Shown: piece by piece, positions 38,769-52,460 of the stretch
Position numbering within the stretch: position 1 is the first letter of the stretch
Layout of the letters: each line of letters begins with the position of its first letter
Position numbers and translations under genes: made by a program
Assembly: GCF_006345805.1 (NCBI RefSeq)
Contig: NC_043009.1
Span: 63,736,001-63,800,000 of the forward strand
Origin: Octopus sinensis
Taxonomy: Eukaryota
Length of the DNA stretch: 64,000 nucleotides
Direction of reading: 5' to 3'
Notes under the pieces: model-generated
Seen by the model: the letters and a program-made list of their open reading frames with translations, nothing else
Told to the model about the DNA's origin: nothing
Databases searched by the model: none

Positions 38769-39544
38769 ACAGGATTGGAACAGGGTCCTAGGCTCCGTAC
38801 ACGGAAGGTAGGAGAGAGGCTGTTCACCTTACCCAAGTCTTCCTCCAAAGTACTTCATAGCCATTTCAAGAGAGCAGAATTCTGACAATTCCAACATAAT
38901 AACAAACTATTAAAAAGCATGCTTACAGATTTCACACAAATGACGTCCACACGAAAGGATTGTCATAACATTTTATTATTGTTATTATTTTTTTAAATAT
39001 AATTTTGATATTTATATTTTTATTTATACTTTAAATCTACAGAAGCTGACAATATTAACAAAAACAAAAACATCTATTATTTTTATTATAAGTTTACACC
39101 AAGCTGAAGTGCCAATAGGTTAGTGCACATTTGAGTGAAGTATCACACAGTTTGTTTTACATAAATGAATGACATTAGTCCATTAAATGAAATGCTGAGC
39201 TGGGATGAGGTGAAGATCCAATATACAATGAACATACGAGAGAAAGAGAGAAAAAAAAACAACAGAAGAAAAAAACAAATAAACATAAATACTTATTATT
39301 CGGTGGTGAGTTTTTTTTTTTTTTAAATTAAGACACCATGCCTTTCAAACTCTCTTTTTTTTTTTTTATCACAGCAGTAAAATAGTCTGAGAATATCAAC
39401 AATTCTAGCTATTCTTCGTCAGAGATCTTAAAAGAAAATTTTTTTTCCCAAAATGTAAAAAAAATCTTTCTTAAATGTACGGATATTACTAATATTCTAC
39501 CAATTTTAAATAAATACTAATTATCGCAGAATAACTTTCCTTCT

Positions 39545-39576
39545 CATGATATATATATATATATACACACATACAC

Positions 39577-39627
<51 letters not shown>

Positions 39628-39675
39628 TGTATGTATATATACACACACACATACATACATACATGCATACATATA

Positions 39676-39707
<32 letters not shown>

Positions 39708-39778
39708 CATATAGATATATGTATATGTGTGTGTGTGTGTGCATACATGTGTATGTATACATACATACATACAAACAT

Positions 39779-39854
<76 letters not shown>

Positions 39855-39918
39855 CATATATATATATATGTATATATTTATATGCATATATATTTATATG
39901 CATATATATATACAAGTA

Positions 39919-39968
<50 letters not shown>

Positions 39969-40030
39969 CACACACATGCACACACACAGAATATAAAGAC
40001 AAATGTGAGAAGAAGCAATATATATATATA
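39545..40030. repeat. Compound (TA)/(CA)/(TATG) microsatellite field
   Basis: Read directly. Confidence 0.95.
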
Positions 40031-40235
40031 TGACAAAAAAAAAAAACAACACAATTATCGTGGTTTATATAACCTTCTTTTCACACACCAATAAGTCAAG
40101 TCACATGACCATCATTTCAAAAGTGGATTATATTAATCAATATTTTAATCAATATCTAGGTTACAGTTTGTTTTCATGATAAACTTTATTTTTGACTATT
40201 TCATTTTGTTACTTGCCTTATTTATTTTGTTGTTA

Positions 40236-40282
<47 letters not shown>

Positions 40283-40750
40283 TTGCCTCTTTTTTTTTAT
40301 CTTTATCGAAAGGCCTCACATTATTCTGCATTCACGACATCTAACAAACCTAGCAAAATGACTTTTCTATCAGCAATAATACTAAGTAGTTACAGCATAT
40401 TTTGTTTTTTAATCTACTAATTATTATTCGTTACTCAGTCTTTTGTTGGCTTTCATCTTTGGCAATAATTATTAGGTTTCAGCAATGATGATGATGATGC
40501 TGAAGATAAAAGCTGTTACAATGACACCCACTATCTGGTCCTCGCTAATTTGCTTCGTTATATATCACAGTATATTATATCTGGTGCACTGCTCTCAGTT
40601 TCAGTTGTGTGTGGGTATGTAAGTGTGAGAGTGTAAGAATGTGTGTGTGTGTGTATGTGTGTGTTTATGAGTGTGTTTAAATATAAACAAATGCATACAA
40701 TCTTATATGAGGACATAAGTATGGATACGTTTATACACACATTCATGATA

Positions 40751-40786
<36 letters not shown>

Positions 40787-42272
40787 TGTATGTATGTATG
40801 TATGTATGTATGTATGTATGTATGTATGTATGTATTTTTTTATATATATATGTGTGTGTGTGCATGTGTACATGTGTGTATGTGTGTGTGTTCTTTATAA
40901 ATTCATTTTATAAAAGAATAAAAGAATATATATATATATATGTATGTATGTATTTATGTATGTGTTTTGTGTGTGTATATGTATGTGTGTGTGTATATAT
41001 ATATATATACATACATACATACATACATATATACATATATATATACACACACACATGTATGTATGTATACATATGCACACATAGAGTATATATATAATGG
41101 CTCAGTCGGTGGAGAAAGAGCAGAGCCCATTACCATTTTCAAGGTGTCTCAGAATCTAGAAGGTACAATTTATCCTCAGACCAGAAACCAAACTCCACCA
41201 GAGTGGATCCTGCTAAAAGCACCCAAGGGTTGGATCAATTTGTCCCTCATGTATGGGAACAGTCTTTCAGATGGGCCTCCACACAGTTTTTATTAACCAA
41301 ATTTCACTCAAAAGGTCTTTTATTCAACCCCTGACTATGACAGAATGCATTTGCCCGGAGCGCAGTTCACTGCAGAGCAGTGGGATTGAACTGGAACCAG
41401 CCAGTAGTGAAACAAGCCACTTTAACCACACAGCCATTCCTATGTCAATGTGAAGATGTATCAGGAATAACTAACTGTAGACATGTCAAGAATTATAAAT
41501 AACAGTGGCTCATTGCTAAATCTTTCTTAACTTTGCCAAATCTATTTGACATTAACCTCTGTTTCTGTTTCAGAAAAAAATGTATCAGTCTGTAGCAGTG
41601 ATTTGAAACTGAACCACTAGATGACCATTCAGACATCATGACCAAACTACAGTAGTTTAAGACACTCACAACAAGTTCATTAATTGACTGTAAACTAATG
41701 CTCAACACATCATAAATACTATCCATCTATAATGCCAGGCCTTGGAATGGAATCCCTTTCTCAAATGTTAAAAATATTCCAACAGACTGCTCCCTTACAT
41801 GCTATACACATACACAAACACACACCAACATTGTGAAACCTTTATATTGCTCTCTGGACCCTTTCCTTTGTCTCCTGTCTTCAGCTCTCACTATGATTTC
41901 CAACTCACCTTCCACAAACTGGCCCCCTCAAAGCCACTTTCAATTAAATATGTAACCCTTACTTCCTTTCTCCAAAAAATCTCTCCATTCATCTTACACT
42001 TATGGAATTCATCTCTGCCACAGATTCACCCAGGTTTTGATTCAGTCAGCGTTTTCTACAAATATCTTACATACAGTGAAACATGGTACCATGCCAGACT
42101 AACCGAATTCCATTGATATCTGGCTGTTACTCTCTCTCCCTGCTATCACTAAAGACTTCTTACTCTTTAATTTAGAAAGGTCAATACATATGTTATTCTT
42201 CAGACATAGAAAGCTATGGGCTCAGCCTTCAATTCTTTAGAGTATGATTGAGAGAATGTGTGTGTGTGTGTG

Positions 42273-42303
<31 letters not shown>

Positions 42304-43254
42304 CCTTGAAAGAAACATTGTTCTTTGTAAATTTATTTTATGTTTTTGTTCCTTCAGCTTTCTTGAATTGATTTTTATTTGCAAAAATTTTTTCCAAACT
42401 GATAAAAATCCACCAAGGTTTATTTTTGGAAATCTAATTGAAAAAAAACTAACAGGAAGCAATTTTGATTTTATGGTAAAAACCATCAGTTTCTTTGAAG
42501 AATTCACAAGCTCAAATTAGTCCTGTCTTGTTCAAAGATAAAAATATATATATGAACAAACAAAAAAATCATTGTTTGATATTCAGGAGAGAATGAAAAA
42601 AAAAATAATCTACAAAAGTTGGAGGAAATGTCTAAATTGGTCCAGTAACAGATATATTTTCAGAGCATCATTCAACCATGAAGGAACAGGAAAATGGCCC
42701 TATTTTAGAAAAACAGTACAACACAATCAGCTGTGTCGAGCAAACAAACCATCCAAAACCATTACAGAAGAACCATAATGGCCAAGCAGTCATGCAAGGG
42801 GCAAATTGACAGATATAATGAACCACAGTGCTGAATGGAGATTACCATCTGTATTGGCCATAAGTGGAATCAAAAGATTATAGTATTTTCTAATTAAACT
42901 GTGACAGTTATTACCTGGTTATTTTCTTACTTTTTTTAAACTTTTGTTTGATGTTATAACTTCGCAGTCCCAATCAGCCATGCATAATTCATTTCTTGAG
43001 CTCAGACTCTAAAACCTTTCTAATTCATTTCTGCTTTCCTTTCGTAACATAAATGTTAAACACCTGTAACATTCCTGTGAATTGCACCCTCCCATCCACC
43101 CCAGTACCATTTCAATGTCTTTGGCACCAACATACCTGTCTCAGTTGAGATTTCTAATATACTTGGTCCCACCATCACTGAGACACATTCTTTGATTTGT
43201 AAAATCCGAGCAGTACCACCTAGTTTTTAACCTCGCTATGATATCAGGCTTTTT

Positions 43255-43527
43255 CAGTTCTATATTTAAGAGATGAGGAATTATGTACATTTTTTACAAT
43301 TGATGGATATTTGTCCTCATCTTGTTTGTTGTTAACACAACATTTCAGCTGATTTACCCTCCAGCCTTCATCAGGTGTCTTGGGGAAATTTCGAACGTGG
43401 GTTCTCATTCCCCAATACACCTGATGAAGGCTGGAGGGTATATCAGCCAAAATGTTGTGTTAACAACAAACAAGATGAGGACAAATATCCGTCAAATGTA
43501 AATAATATAAATAATGTAAATAATGTA
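43255..43527. mobile_element. Fold-back Penelope-like repeat with a hammerhead motif on each arm
   Basis: Arms pair up to a ~20-nt loop (43388-43407). Hammerhead motifs at 43335-43378 (-) and 43417-43460 (+), each with point changes. Confidence 0.7.
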
Positions 43528-46500
43528 TTGGGTTTCTTGTTTGTTACTTTGAAAGGGTATCTCAATCACTTTAGAAATACCCACCTCAATATAGCAGTAC
43601 TATAATAGTATCTTGGTCATAACAGATGCACTATCGTCAATAATAATTAGTCATTCTTTAGTCATTTTAACGTCAAAAAAGAAACATAAGAAATATTTAA
43701 CATCATTGGTTTCAAATTTTGGCACAAGGCCAGCAGTTTCAGGATATAAGGTAAATCAACCTCATCAGTGCATAACTGGTACTTACTTTATCAACCCCGA
43801 AAGGATAAAAGGCAAAGTCGACCTTGGCAGAATTTGAACTCAGAACATAAAGACAAATGAAATACTGCTAAGCATTTTGCCCATCAGGCTAACGATTCTT
43901 CCGACTTGCCACCTTCATATTTAATCACATTGACAATTGTAATTACATTTTGCTGCTTTTTTAAATGAAAAATCTTTTCACTCTTGATATTTCCTTTATT
44001 AAGTAACTTCATTTAACCCTTTAGCATTTAAACCGGCCATATCCGGCCAAAAGTATTCTGCCTGTTTTATGTTCAGCATGGCCAGATCTGGTCTCTCACA
44101 CCAGCCCTACAATATCGTTTTAAAAATTAGCAGTTACCTCATCAAAATCTCATTGCACCAAGATAATTCATGATTAGTTCAAAACAATTTGGATGAAAAA
44201 GGATTAATTTTGGCAGAATAATGTGAACACTAAAGAGCTGCTAATTTTTAACCAATATCAATGGACTTTAAGCTTTTTTTTATTCAACTTCCCAAAACTT
44301 CATTTAAAATCACCAAACCTTGCACACACGTTCAGCCATTTCTTGCATAAACGCTTGTGTTATGTTCATCCTGGCATCAGACATTCCTTCAGCTTTTCTT
44401 GACCCACACTAAACCCCTATCCGGGAATATTCTTTGACTTCTTGTAACCTGCTCCAGAACTCTGTCACAGTATGTTTTACCCAGAAGAAAAAAAAAAAAA
44501 GGGAACTAAGTGTACACGTTCAATAGAGTAAAAAATATAAAAGCTACAACGTTGAACATTTTTGATAATGGACAAAAATCATTTCACCAACTCCTTGAAA
44601 TTTTGGAGGAAGGACGGCAGATGAGTATGTTTGGATGAAAATCTTCACCTTTCCAGGGCGAACATTAACGGACATGGCTTGACGGTGCAGTATAAAAAAC
44701 AGTTTGTAAAGTGAACTTCTCAGAGATATAACTTCAAAAATTGCAGGAAAAAATCCATTAATACATACCACTCATTCTACATTATTGGAAACACACATTA
44801 ACAAGGATAGTTTAGGTTCAAATTGACCGTAAGACATTCAATAAATAAATTTCCACCCTTCAGAAATCTTTAGTATTTAGACCCTAAATCTGCAGGACTA
44901 TTTGACAAAAATTATCAACTTGTTCCCACATAATTTTGATACAATGCTCAAGATTTGCTATCGTTATTGTTGCTAGTGTTGTTTCATATAATTAATTGAA
45001 GATTTTATTAATTTTGTAAGGTGTTGCTTTGTATTTTCATTTTTTTTAAATAATACAAAATTATAAATATCTTTGCGATATCTTGGCCTTTAGTCTTTAG
45101 TCTTATGCAATCGCTGCCAGATTTTGATTGAGACCTTCTGTGATCTAATCCTTATGTTGGCCATTTGTTTGGTGGATATACAGTTCAATATTTCCTATCT
45201 CACTATGGGCCAATTTGGCCCAGGTTTAGTGACTTCCTTGTCTCATCTCATGTGCTGAATCACTCCAAGTATATTCCGATGACGACCGTTATTTTAACAT
45301 CAGTAAACAAGGAGGAAGGTCCAGACATGTCTTGCTTGTTCTGGTTCTTTGGAGTATCCTCAACAAATGTAGCCAACTAAACTTCTTAAATGCAGATTGC
45401 AATTGTTGCTGTTGTTGTTGTTGCTTAGCTCCAAGTTGAAACCGATCAAACAGATGTATGATCAAAGGCATTCCAGCCACGACCATTCCAATTTGATTTC
45501 TTGTTTCGTGTAATTTTGATAACATTATTCAGTGTATCCTTTGAGGAAAATTAAGTTCTTATTTCTACCAGACTGAACAACCCCATCAAGGCTCCTCATA
45601 ATGATTTCACTTTTTGGCACAAGGCCAGCAATTTTGGGTTTGGGACTAAGTCAGTTACATCACCTCCCCTCCCCACTGCTCAAATGGTACCTATTTTATT
45701 GACCCTCCACCCTACCAAAAAAAAAACAAAAAAATAGGCAAAGGTGACCTCGGCAACAGTTGATCTCAGAACATAAAGACAGATGAAATGTCGCTAAGCA
45801 TTTTGCCCAGTGTGCTAACGAATCTGCCAGCTCGCCGCCTTGTAACGATGTGATGTAACGATTCTACCAGCTTACTGCCTTTGAGGATCCTCATGTTAAA
45901 GTGTGTATGTTTGTATATGTGTGTGTGTGTGTGTGTGCACGTGCATTAAACAAGCTAGTGTTACTGTGTGTCATTTTAAATTTCAAATATTTTCATAGCT
46001 CAATGTTAAGGCTTCTGTTGCTAATTCTTAACCTACAACACCAGACCCACCAGAACGGTCACAGAGCGTCGTCTGCATTGAAGCAGACATCGTTTATATA
46101 ACACTTCAAGAGTTTTATAAAGTATCAAAATAAAAGAACCAACATTTAATAGGTTTATGATTTATCAGCTTTATAAAACCCACAGAAATGTTTTGCAGCT
46201 CTCTCTCTCCCTATTTTGCTGCATTCAACAGCTTTTATCTTACATTACTAACAATAACTTTATAAGTCCCTGTAGACAGGGTGTTATCCTTTTGATCTGA
46301 CCTCAGTATATAACTGCTATTTAGGGCTTTCAACCATGTAATGATGGAGGGTAATGCCAAACTTCAGCAAGTTAAACGACAACAGCAACAACAACAAGAG
46401 CAACGTAACAAAAGGAACAACAACAACAACCACAAAAACAACATCATTAAGAATTTACAAGACAGGCCCATAGTCATACATTAGGAGAGAAAGAAGAGGT

Positions 46501-46739
46501 GGGGATCAGTAATGGATTAAATCGATCAGCATATTACTGGTACTATTTTATCAATCCTGGGCAGATGAAAGGCAAAATTGCTCCTCCTGGAGTTTAACTC
46601 AGGACGTATAACACTGACACTGTCAGTTAGAACATACAAGTGCTCCAGTTGGTCCAATCAATGGAACAGCCAGCTCATGAGAGTTTTACTATATGAACAG
46701 GGCCTGGAATTTTCAGAGAGGGGCAGGGTCTAGTTGATT

Positions 46740-47233
46740 TATTGACCCCCAAAAGGATGAAAGGCAAAGTCGACTTAGATGGAATTTGAACTCAGAATGT
46801 AAGGACAAGTGAAATACCTATTTCTTTACTACCCACAAGGGGCTAAACACAGAGGGGACAAACAAGGACAGACAAACGGATTAAGTCGATTACATCGACC
46901 CCAGTGCGTAACTGGTACTTAATTTATTGACCCTGAAAGGATGAAAGGCAAAGTCGACCTCGGCGGAATTTGAACTCAGAATGTAAGGACAAGTGAAATA
47001 CCTATTTCTTTACTACCCACAAGGGGCTAAACACAGAGGGGACAAACAAGGACAGACAAACGGATTAAGTCGATTACATCGACCCCAGTGCGTAACTGGT
47101 ACTTAATTTATTGACCCTGAAAGGATGAAAGGCAAAGTCGACCTCGGCGGAATTTGAACTCAGAATGTAAGGACAGGCAAAATACTGCTGAGCATTTTGT
47201 CCGGCGTGCTAACGATTCTGCCATCTTGCCACC
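46740..47233 (-). mobile_element. SINE family 2 with two identical 184-bp tandem units
   Basis: 46801-46984 and 46985-47168 read as identical; the tRNA-like head is at 47169-47233. Confidence 0.85.
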
Positions 47234-47998
47234 TTCAGCCAGCTCATGAAATTAACGTGCAAGTGGCTGAGTACTCCACAGACACGGGTACCCTCAAAGT
47301 AGTTCTCTGGGATATTCAGCTTGACACAGAATGTGACAAGGCCAGCCCCTTTGAATTACAGATACAACTCACTTTTGCCATCTGAGCGAACCAAAGTAAC
47401 ATGAAATAAAGTGCCTTGCTCAAGGACATAATGTGCCACCAGGTATTGAACTCATGGCCTTACAATCTTGAGCGGAATGCTTTAACCACTTGGCTACATG
47501 CCTTCACTTCACTTTCACATACCTAAATACTCTGGAGCATTTAATCCTTTTGTCTGCCAATTGTGCCACTCACTGCTGAAACAACAATGTCAACAACATC
47601 AACAAGGGGTTTCTTTTGTTGCTGCCGACAGTAATGAGTAAAGGATATCACAAACATGGTAGGCAGGAGGAGCTACAAGAGCAGGCTGAAGAATAATGAA
47701 GAGGAGTGAGGAATTGGCTGTTATGCATTCTTGTTTTACATTGCCATTGGTAAACAATACCATCATTGGTTTCAGATAGTGTGAATGATAAGGGAGTGTG
47801 TGTAACCCAGTGCAGAACAATCATAACAAAGGACGTTATTTAAAATGCATTGGCTTCTTCAGCTTTCTCAGGGACTCCTACATCCTTTGCAGATATACTT
47901 CATCATATATGTGTATGTAGAAGTATAAGAACACAATGTTCTTTGGTCATAAGTGGTCAGCCATCATATATAAGTACATACAAACATACATACATACA

Positions 47999-48035
<37 letters not shown>

Positions 48036-48497
48036 ATATATACATACATATAATATGTATATAGGTGGGTAAATTTAGGCACCCACACATACACACTCAC
48101 ACACATATATATATATACATACATACATATATATATAGATATATGTATACATATACATATGCATACACACATATATGCACACAACAGGTTTCCACACAGT
48201 TTCCCCTCTACCAAATTCCTCAATTCCTCTCACAAGTGTTTTTATTTTTTTTGGTCAACTGAAAGGGTGATAGCCATGAGAGAGACAACACTTGCCCAGA
48301 GTGCCATGGAGGGGGTGGTTTTTAACCAGAAAATGTATGGCTACGAAGTAAAAAAAAAAAAAAGAAAAAAATTCTTAACCACACTGCCATGCCTGTGCCC
48401 CCAGTTTTGTGGTAAATACTGGGAAAGCAGCTGAGGTAGGTGCAGGCGAGGGGATACGAAGTAACAATGAAGTCTCATCATCATCATCATGGTCAAT

Positions 48498-48545
<48 letters not shown>

Positions 48546-48922
48546 AGAGCAGTGGCAGCCATAGGGCGGCAAATGACGACATGTACACAGTAAAGCAAAG
48601 TTCACAGAACAAAGTTCACACATACACACAACAGAACCAAATAAACCCCCACCCACCCCCTCTCTGCACATTACCCTCACCCCCTCCAAGAAGTAGCCCT
48701 TTACAGCCCCAGCTTCATGCTGAACTTAGTTCCTTTCATTTTTTTATGGTGGGGTGAGAAGGGGGGGGGACAAACAGTCAAAAATAATCACATGGAATAA
48801 CAGTTCTGTAAGTTCTCCATTTTTTTTTGTCTTGGAGAAACAAATAATATATACACACTTAGATAAACATACCAATAAATACACAAACACACACAAGCCT
48901 ATAACAACATGCCTATGCATAT

Positions 48923-48965
<43 letters not shown>

Positions 48966-49076
48966 TATACACACATACATTCATACATACACACATACAT
49001 ATATATATATATGTATATTTACATACAAATATCTATATATATATATATATTATATATATATAATATATATATATAT

Positions 49077-49182
49077 AAAAGGAAATGAAGAAAATGCTGA
49101 CAAAATAATTTAAGAACTTTCACCTAATTAAATTACTTAAATTACTTAAATTATTTTGTCAGCATTTTCTTCATTTCCTTTT
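49077..49182. repeat. Perfect 38-bp inverted repeat, 30-nt spacer
   Basis: 49077-49114 aaaaggaaatgaagaaaatgctgacaaaataatttaag is the reverse complement of 49145-49182; flanked by (TA)n. Confidence 0.95.
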
Positions 49183-50300
49183 TTATATATCACAACTCGT
49201 GTTCCACATCTCCTTTTTTAAATATATATATATATATTATATTATATATATATATATATATATAATATATACTTTCATACATGTATATGTATATATTTTA
49301 ATATATATACATATATACATTAAAATAGAATATAAAATGAATAAAAATTTACAACATTCTGATTCAATTTGTCTCTAAGGTTTGGAAGATTCCTGCAAGC
49401 AGGAACATTGTCATATATTGTCAGACACAGTTCTGAATAAGCTATAGGCAATAATGGATCAATAGGACAAAAGGACAACAGGTTAGTAAGACAGCAAGGT
49501 CAATAGGATTTCTAGGACAATAGGTTTATATGACAATAGGCTGATAAGGACAATGTGTGAACAAGTCAAAAGACAATGAGACTTCCAATATGTGGCAATA
49601 AATTGTCTGAGAAGAAATGTTTAGAAATGATTTAATTTAAAGGAATGGTGTAATAATAATGAAGGAATGATCTGGAAATAATAAAAGAATGCCATTAGAA
49701 TGGTCTGATTTTTTTTTTCCCTGGGAATGGAGAGATTCACAGAATGAAAATATTTTTCGTTTGGGAATGTTTTTCTACTATTTTTAAAGCTAAAATGCAA
49801 AACAAATTCTGTTTTGATTTTCCGTCTAAATGTTAGGAATGTTGAGTTAATTGTAAGTATATTCCAATGGAGAAGGCTAGGTTAAATAATATACATATAG
49901 TATATTGGTATAACTACAGTATATGTATAGTATATCTTTTGATATAACATCATAACCAAGGTATGTATTTCAGTATAACACTAAATCTACTATACATTGG
50001 TCAATCCGCTTAGAATACAAACTCCAATGGTCAATAGGTCTTTAAGTCTTGACTTGAACCAAAGTATATTCAGATAGCATCTCTTAGTAACTTTATGATC
50101 AGAGTGTGACTATTTACACTTAATTTACACCTGACCAAATTATATTTTGATTTCAAGGGCAATATTAATACTTGCACAGGTGGGATGTCAGATTATGGGG
50201 TCATTTTGAAGGGCTGTTTGAGGAATCTGTTACAATTTGTCTTTGGGTTCACATTTCAGGTTACATTGTGAGAAGGGAGAGAGAGAAAGTAGTGGTAGTG

Positions 50301-50359
<59 letters not shown>

Positions 50360-50431
50360 CATTTTTTACATCGGAATTGTATAATTTTGTGAGTTTCTGT
50401 TGCGCAGAACAGAAATAAAAGTAATAAAAAA

Positions 50432-50462
<31 letters not shown>

Positions 50463-50499
50463 GTTAATTAATAATAATAATAATTATAACAATAGTAGT

Positions 50500-50537
<38 letters not shown>

Positions 50538-50740
50538 TAACAATACAGTCAAGTTGACACATGCAGATCTAGATTTGAAAAGGGGGTTCGCCAAGTTGGT
50601 ACGGTAACAACAATGCAGGTGATGGAGTGTACGGATGGCCGAAGGAAGCGGTGGGTTGACAGTGTCATCACAAGATGTATTGAGTATCATCATTTTCTGT
50701 GCAGCCGTCTGCTGCTGCTGCACTACGATGCGCACCAACA

Positions 50741-50893
50741 TCATTGTAAGTATTTATAGATCTTAAAACAATGGTTTCCTGAATCTGCCACGGCACAGAA
50801 TCCATCACTTGTCACGGTAAGTCCCTGTGGTCCGTACAGTGGATCGGCTGACGTGTTGACGTAGGACAGGAAGGAGCCTTCACTGTCAAATAC
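50741..50893 (-). CDS. TRIM2/3: TRIM2/3-type TRIM-NHL protein, terminal coding exon (last NHL repeat)
   Basis: Acceptor ttttcttgttgcAG at 50895-50894. Translates [50 protein letters not shown], matching the TRIM2/TRIM3 C-terminus; phase 0 joins WGNSRIQ. Too short for the ORF track. Confidence 0.93.
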   Translation of the reverse strand, partial: VFDSEGSFLSYVNTSADPLYGPQGLTVTSDGFCAVADSGNHCFKIYKYLQ

Positions 50894-51088
50894 CTGCAAC
50901 AAGAAAATATTGACATTTCAAAAGCCGTCATTTCTATCAAACATGGTGAAGTAGGAAACAAAATGTATAAAGCAAGAACTCAGGGAAATGGATAGGAAAT
51001 TCAAACAACTGGAACTAAAACCCACAGACTTACAACAACAATTCTTATTTATTACTCTGCTTCAATTTAAATTTCACTGTAGCATAAA

Positions 51089-52053
51089 GGTTCAGTGCTT
51101 GGGCCCTTGTTGTTCTTAGTCTTCATAAATGACTTGCCCGACGACCTCACGCAACACACCCTTCTATTTGCCGACGATATCAAACTGGTCGCTCCTCGCG
51201 GTAATATAGAGGATCTTCGTCGATGCCTCCACCAAATTTGGAAGTGGTCTAACGATTGGGACCTGTGTCTGAACGTGTCAAAGTGCTGTCATCTGCCTGT
51301 CGGCTCTACTCCTGCAACTCAACTTGATTTCGAGCCGGGTCGTCTGCTGCTGGAGAGGACTGATCAGGTAAAGGACCTGGGTATCTTGGTGGATTCCTCC
51401 TTTTCGCCTTCAGCCCAGTGCGTCCATGCTGCCAACAAAGCACGCGGAATTCTGTTCTTGATTCGACGGTCATTCGGAATGCTCACAGCAGCCATATTCC
51501 TACCACTCTATGTCACACTGGTGAGACCCATATTGGAGTATGGGATTCAAGCCTCTTCTCCTTATCTCCTCAAAGACATACAGCATCTCGAAAGAGTCCA
51601 GAAGCTGGCTACCCGCATGGTTCATGGTCTCAAAAATTTGTCCTACGAAGAAAGGCTGAGGACGCTCGACCTTTATTCTCTTGAAAAACGCCGCCGCCGT
51701 GGTGATCTCATTCTCGCCCACAACATCATAAGCGGAAAGTGTAACCTCTCGAAAGAGCTGTTCTTCACTCCTGCTCCAGAGCGTCGGCTGCGGGATCATT
51801 CCGAAAAGCTCTACCTGCGACGATTTCATCTCAATCGAAGGAGAGGAGCTTTCTCCGTCCGGGTTGCGGATCCGTGGAACAAGCTGCCAGACGAGATGGT
51901 GAAGATGCCGACGACCGCTTTGTTCAAAGCCTCCCTGGACCTCAAGTGGCCTGAACTCTTTACATGAACACCACCCTGTACTTAACTCCATGTCCCCCTA
52001 CATGGCCTTGCTATTTGCTTTTGAGCCAAATTAACTAACTAACTAACTAACTA
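51089..52053 (+). mobile_element. Young 5'-truncated CR1-type LINE (family B), antisense in the TRIM intron
   Basis: Uninterrupted ~290-codon RT C-terminus: GSVLGPLLFLVFINDLP, LLFADDIKL, LERVQKLATRMV, YEERL..LDLYSLEKRRRRGDLI, FSVRVADPWNKLP; (TAAC)n tail at 52032-52053. Confidence 0.92.
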
Positions 52054-52152
52054 GTTGTTGTTGTTGTTGTTGGTTAGTTCAGGGTTAGCGTTCATTTTGA
52101 GCACAATATAATCAGACATAGGCACAATAAAGCTAAACGATGGTGCAATATA

Positions 52153-52460
52153 CAGTTCTATATTTAAGAAATGAGGAATTATGTACATTATTTACATTAT
52201 TTACATTCAACAGATATTTGTCATCATCTTGTTTGTTGTTAAGGAAGGATAAAAAAATATTAGATTTATAAGCCCTAAAATTCACTTCATAATTGCCCAC
52301 AGGCATATGGTGCAGTGGTTAAGAGCATGGGCTACTAACCCCAAAATTCCAAGTGACCTAAATAATAATAATAATACCTTAGGAATGCAAACCCCAAGAG
52401 GGTTCGATATACCCTGCAGGATATATCAGCCGAAACAAGATGAGGACAAATATCGCCAAA
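52153..52460. mobile_element. Partial copy of the fold-back Penelope-like repeat
   Basis: cagttctatatttaagaaatgaggaattatgtacatt... at 52153 and atatatcagccgaaac|aagatgaggacaaatatc at 52421-52456. Confidence 0.55.

Noticed and set aside
50723-50743. Stop-codon readthrough of TRIM (CAA UGA U)
   Set aside because: It would add only xCWCAS before a UAG; not the leaky UGA-C context and no valid CaaX or other targeting motif.
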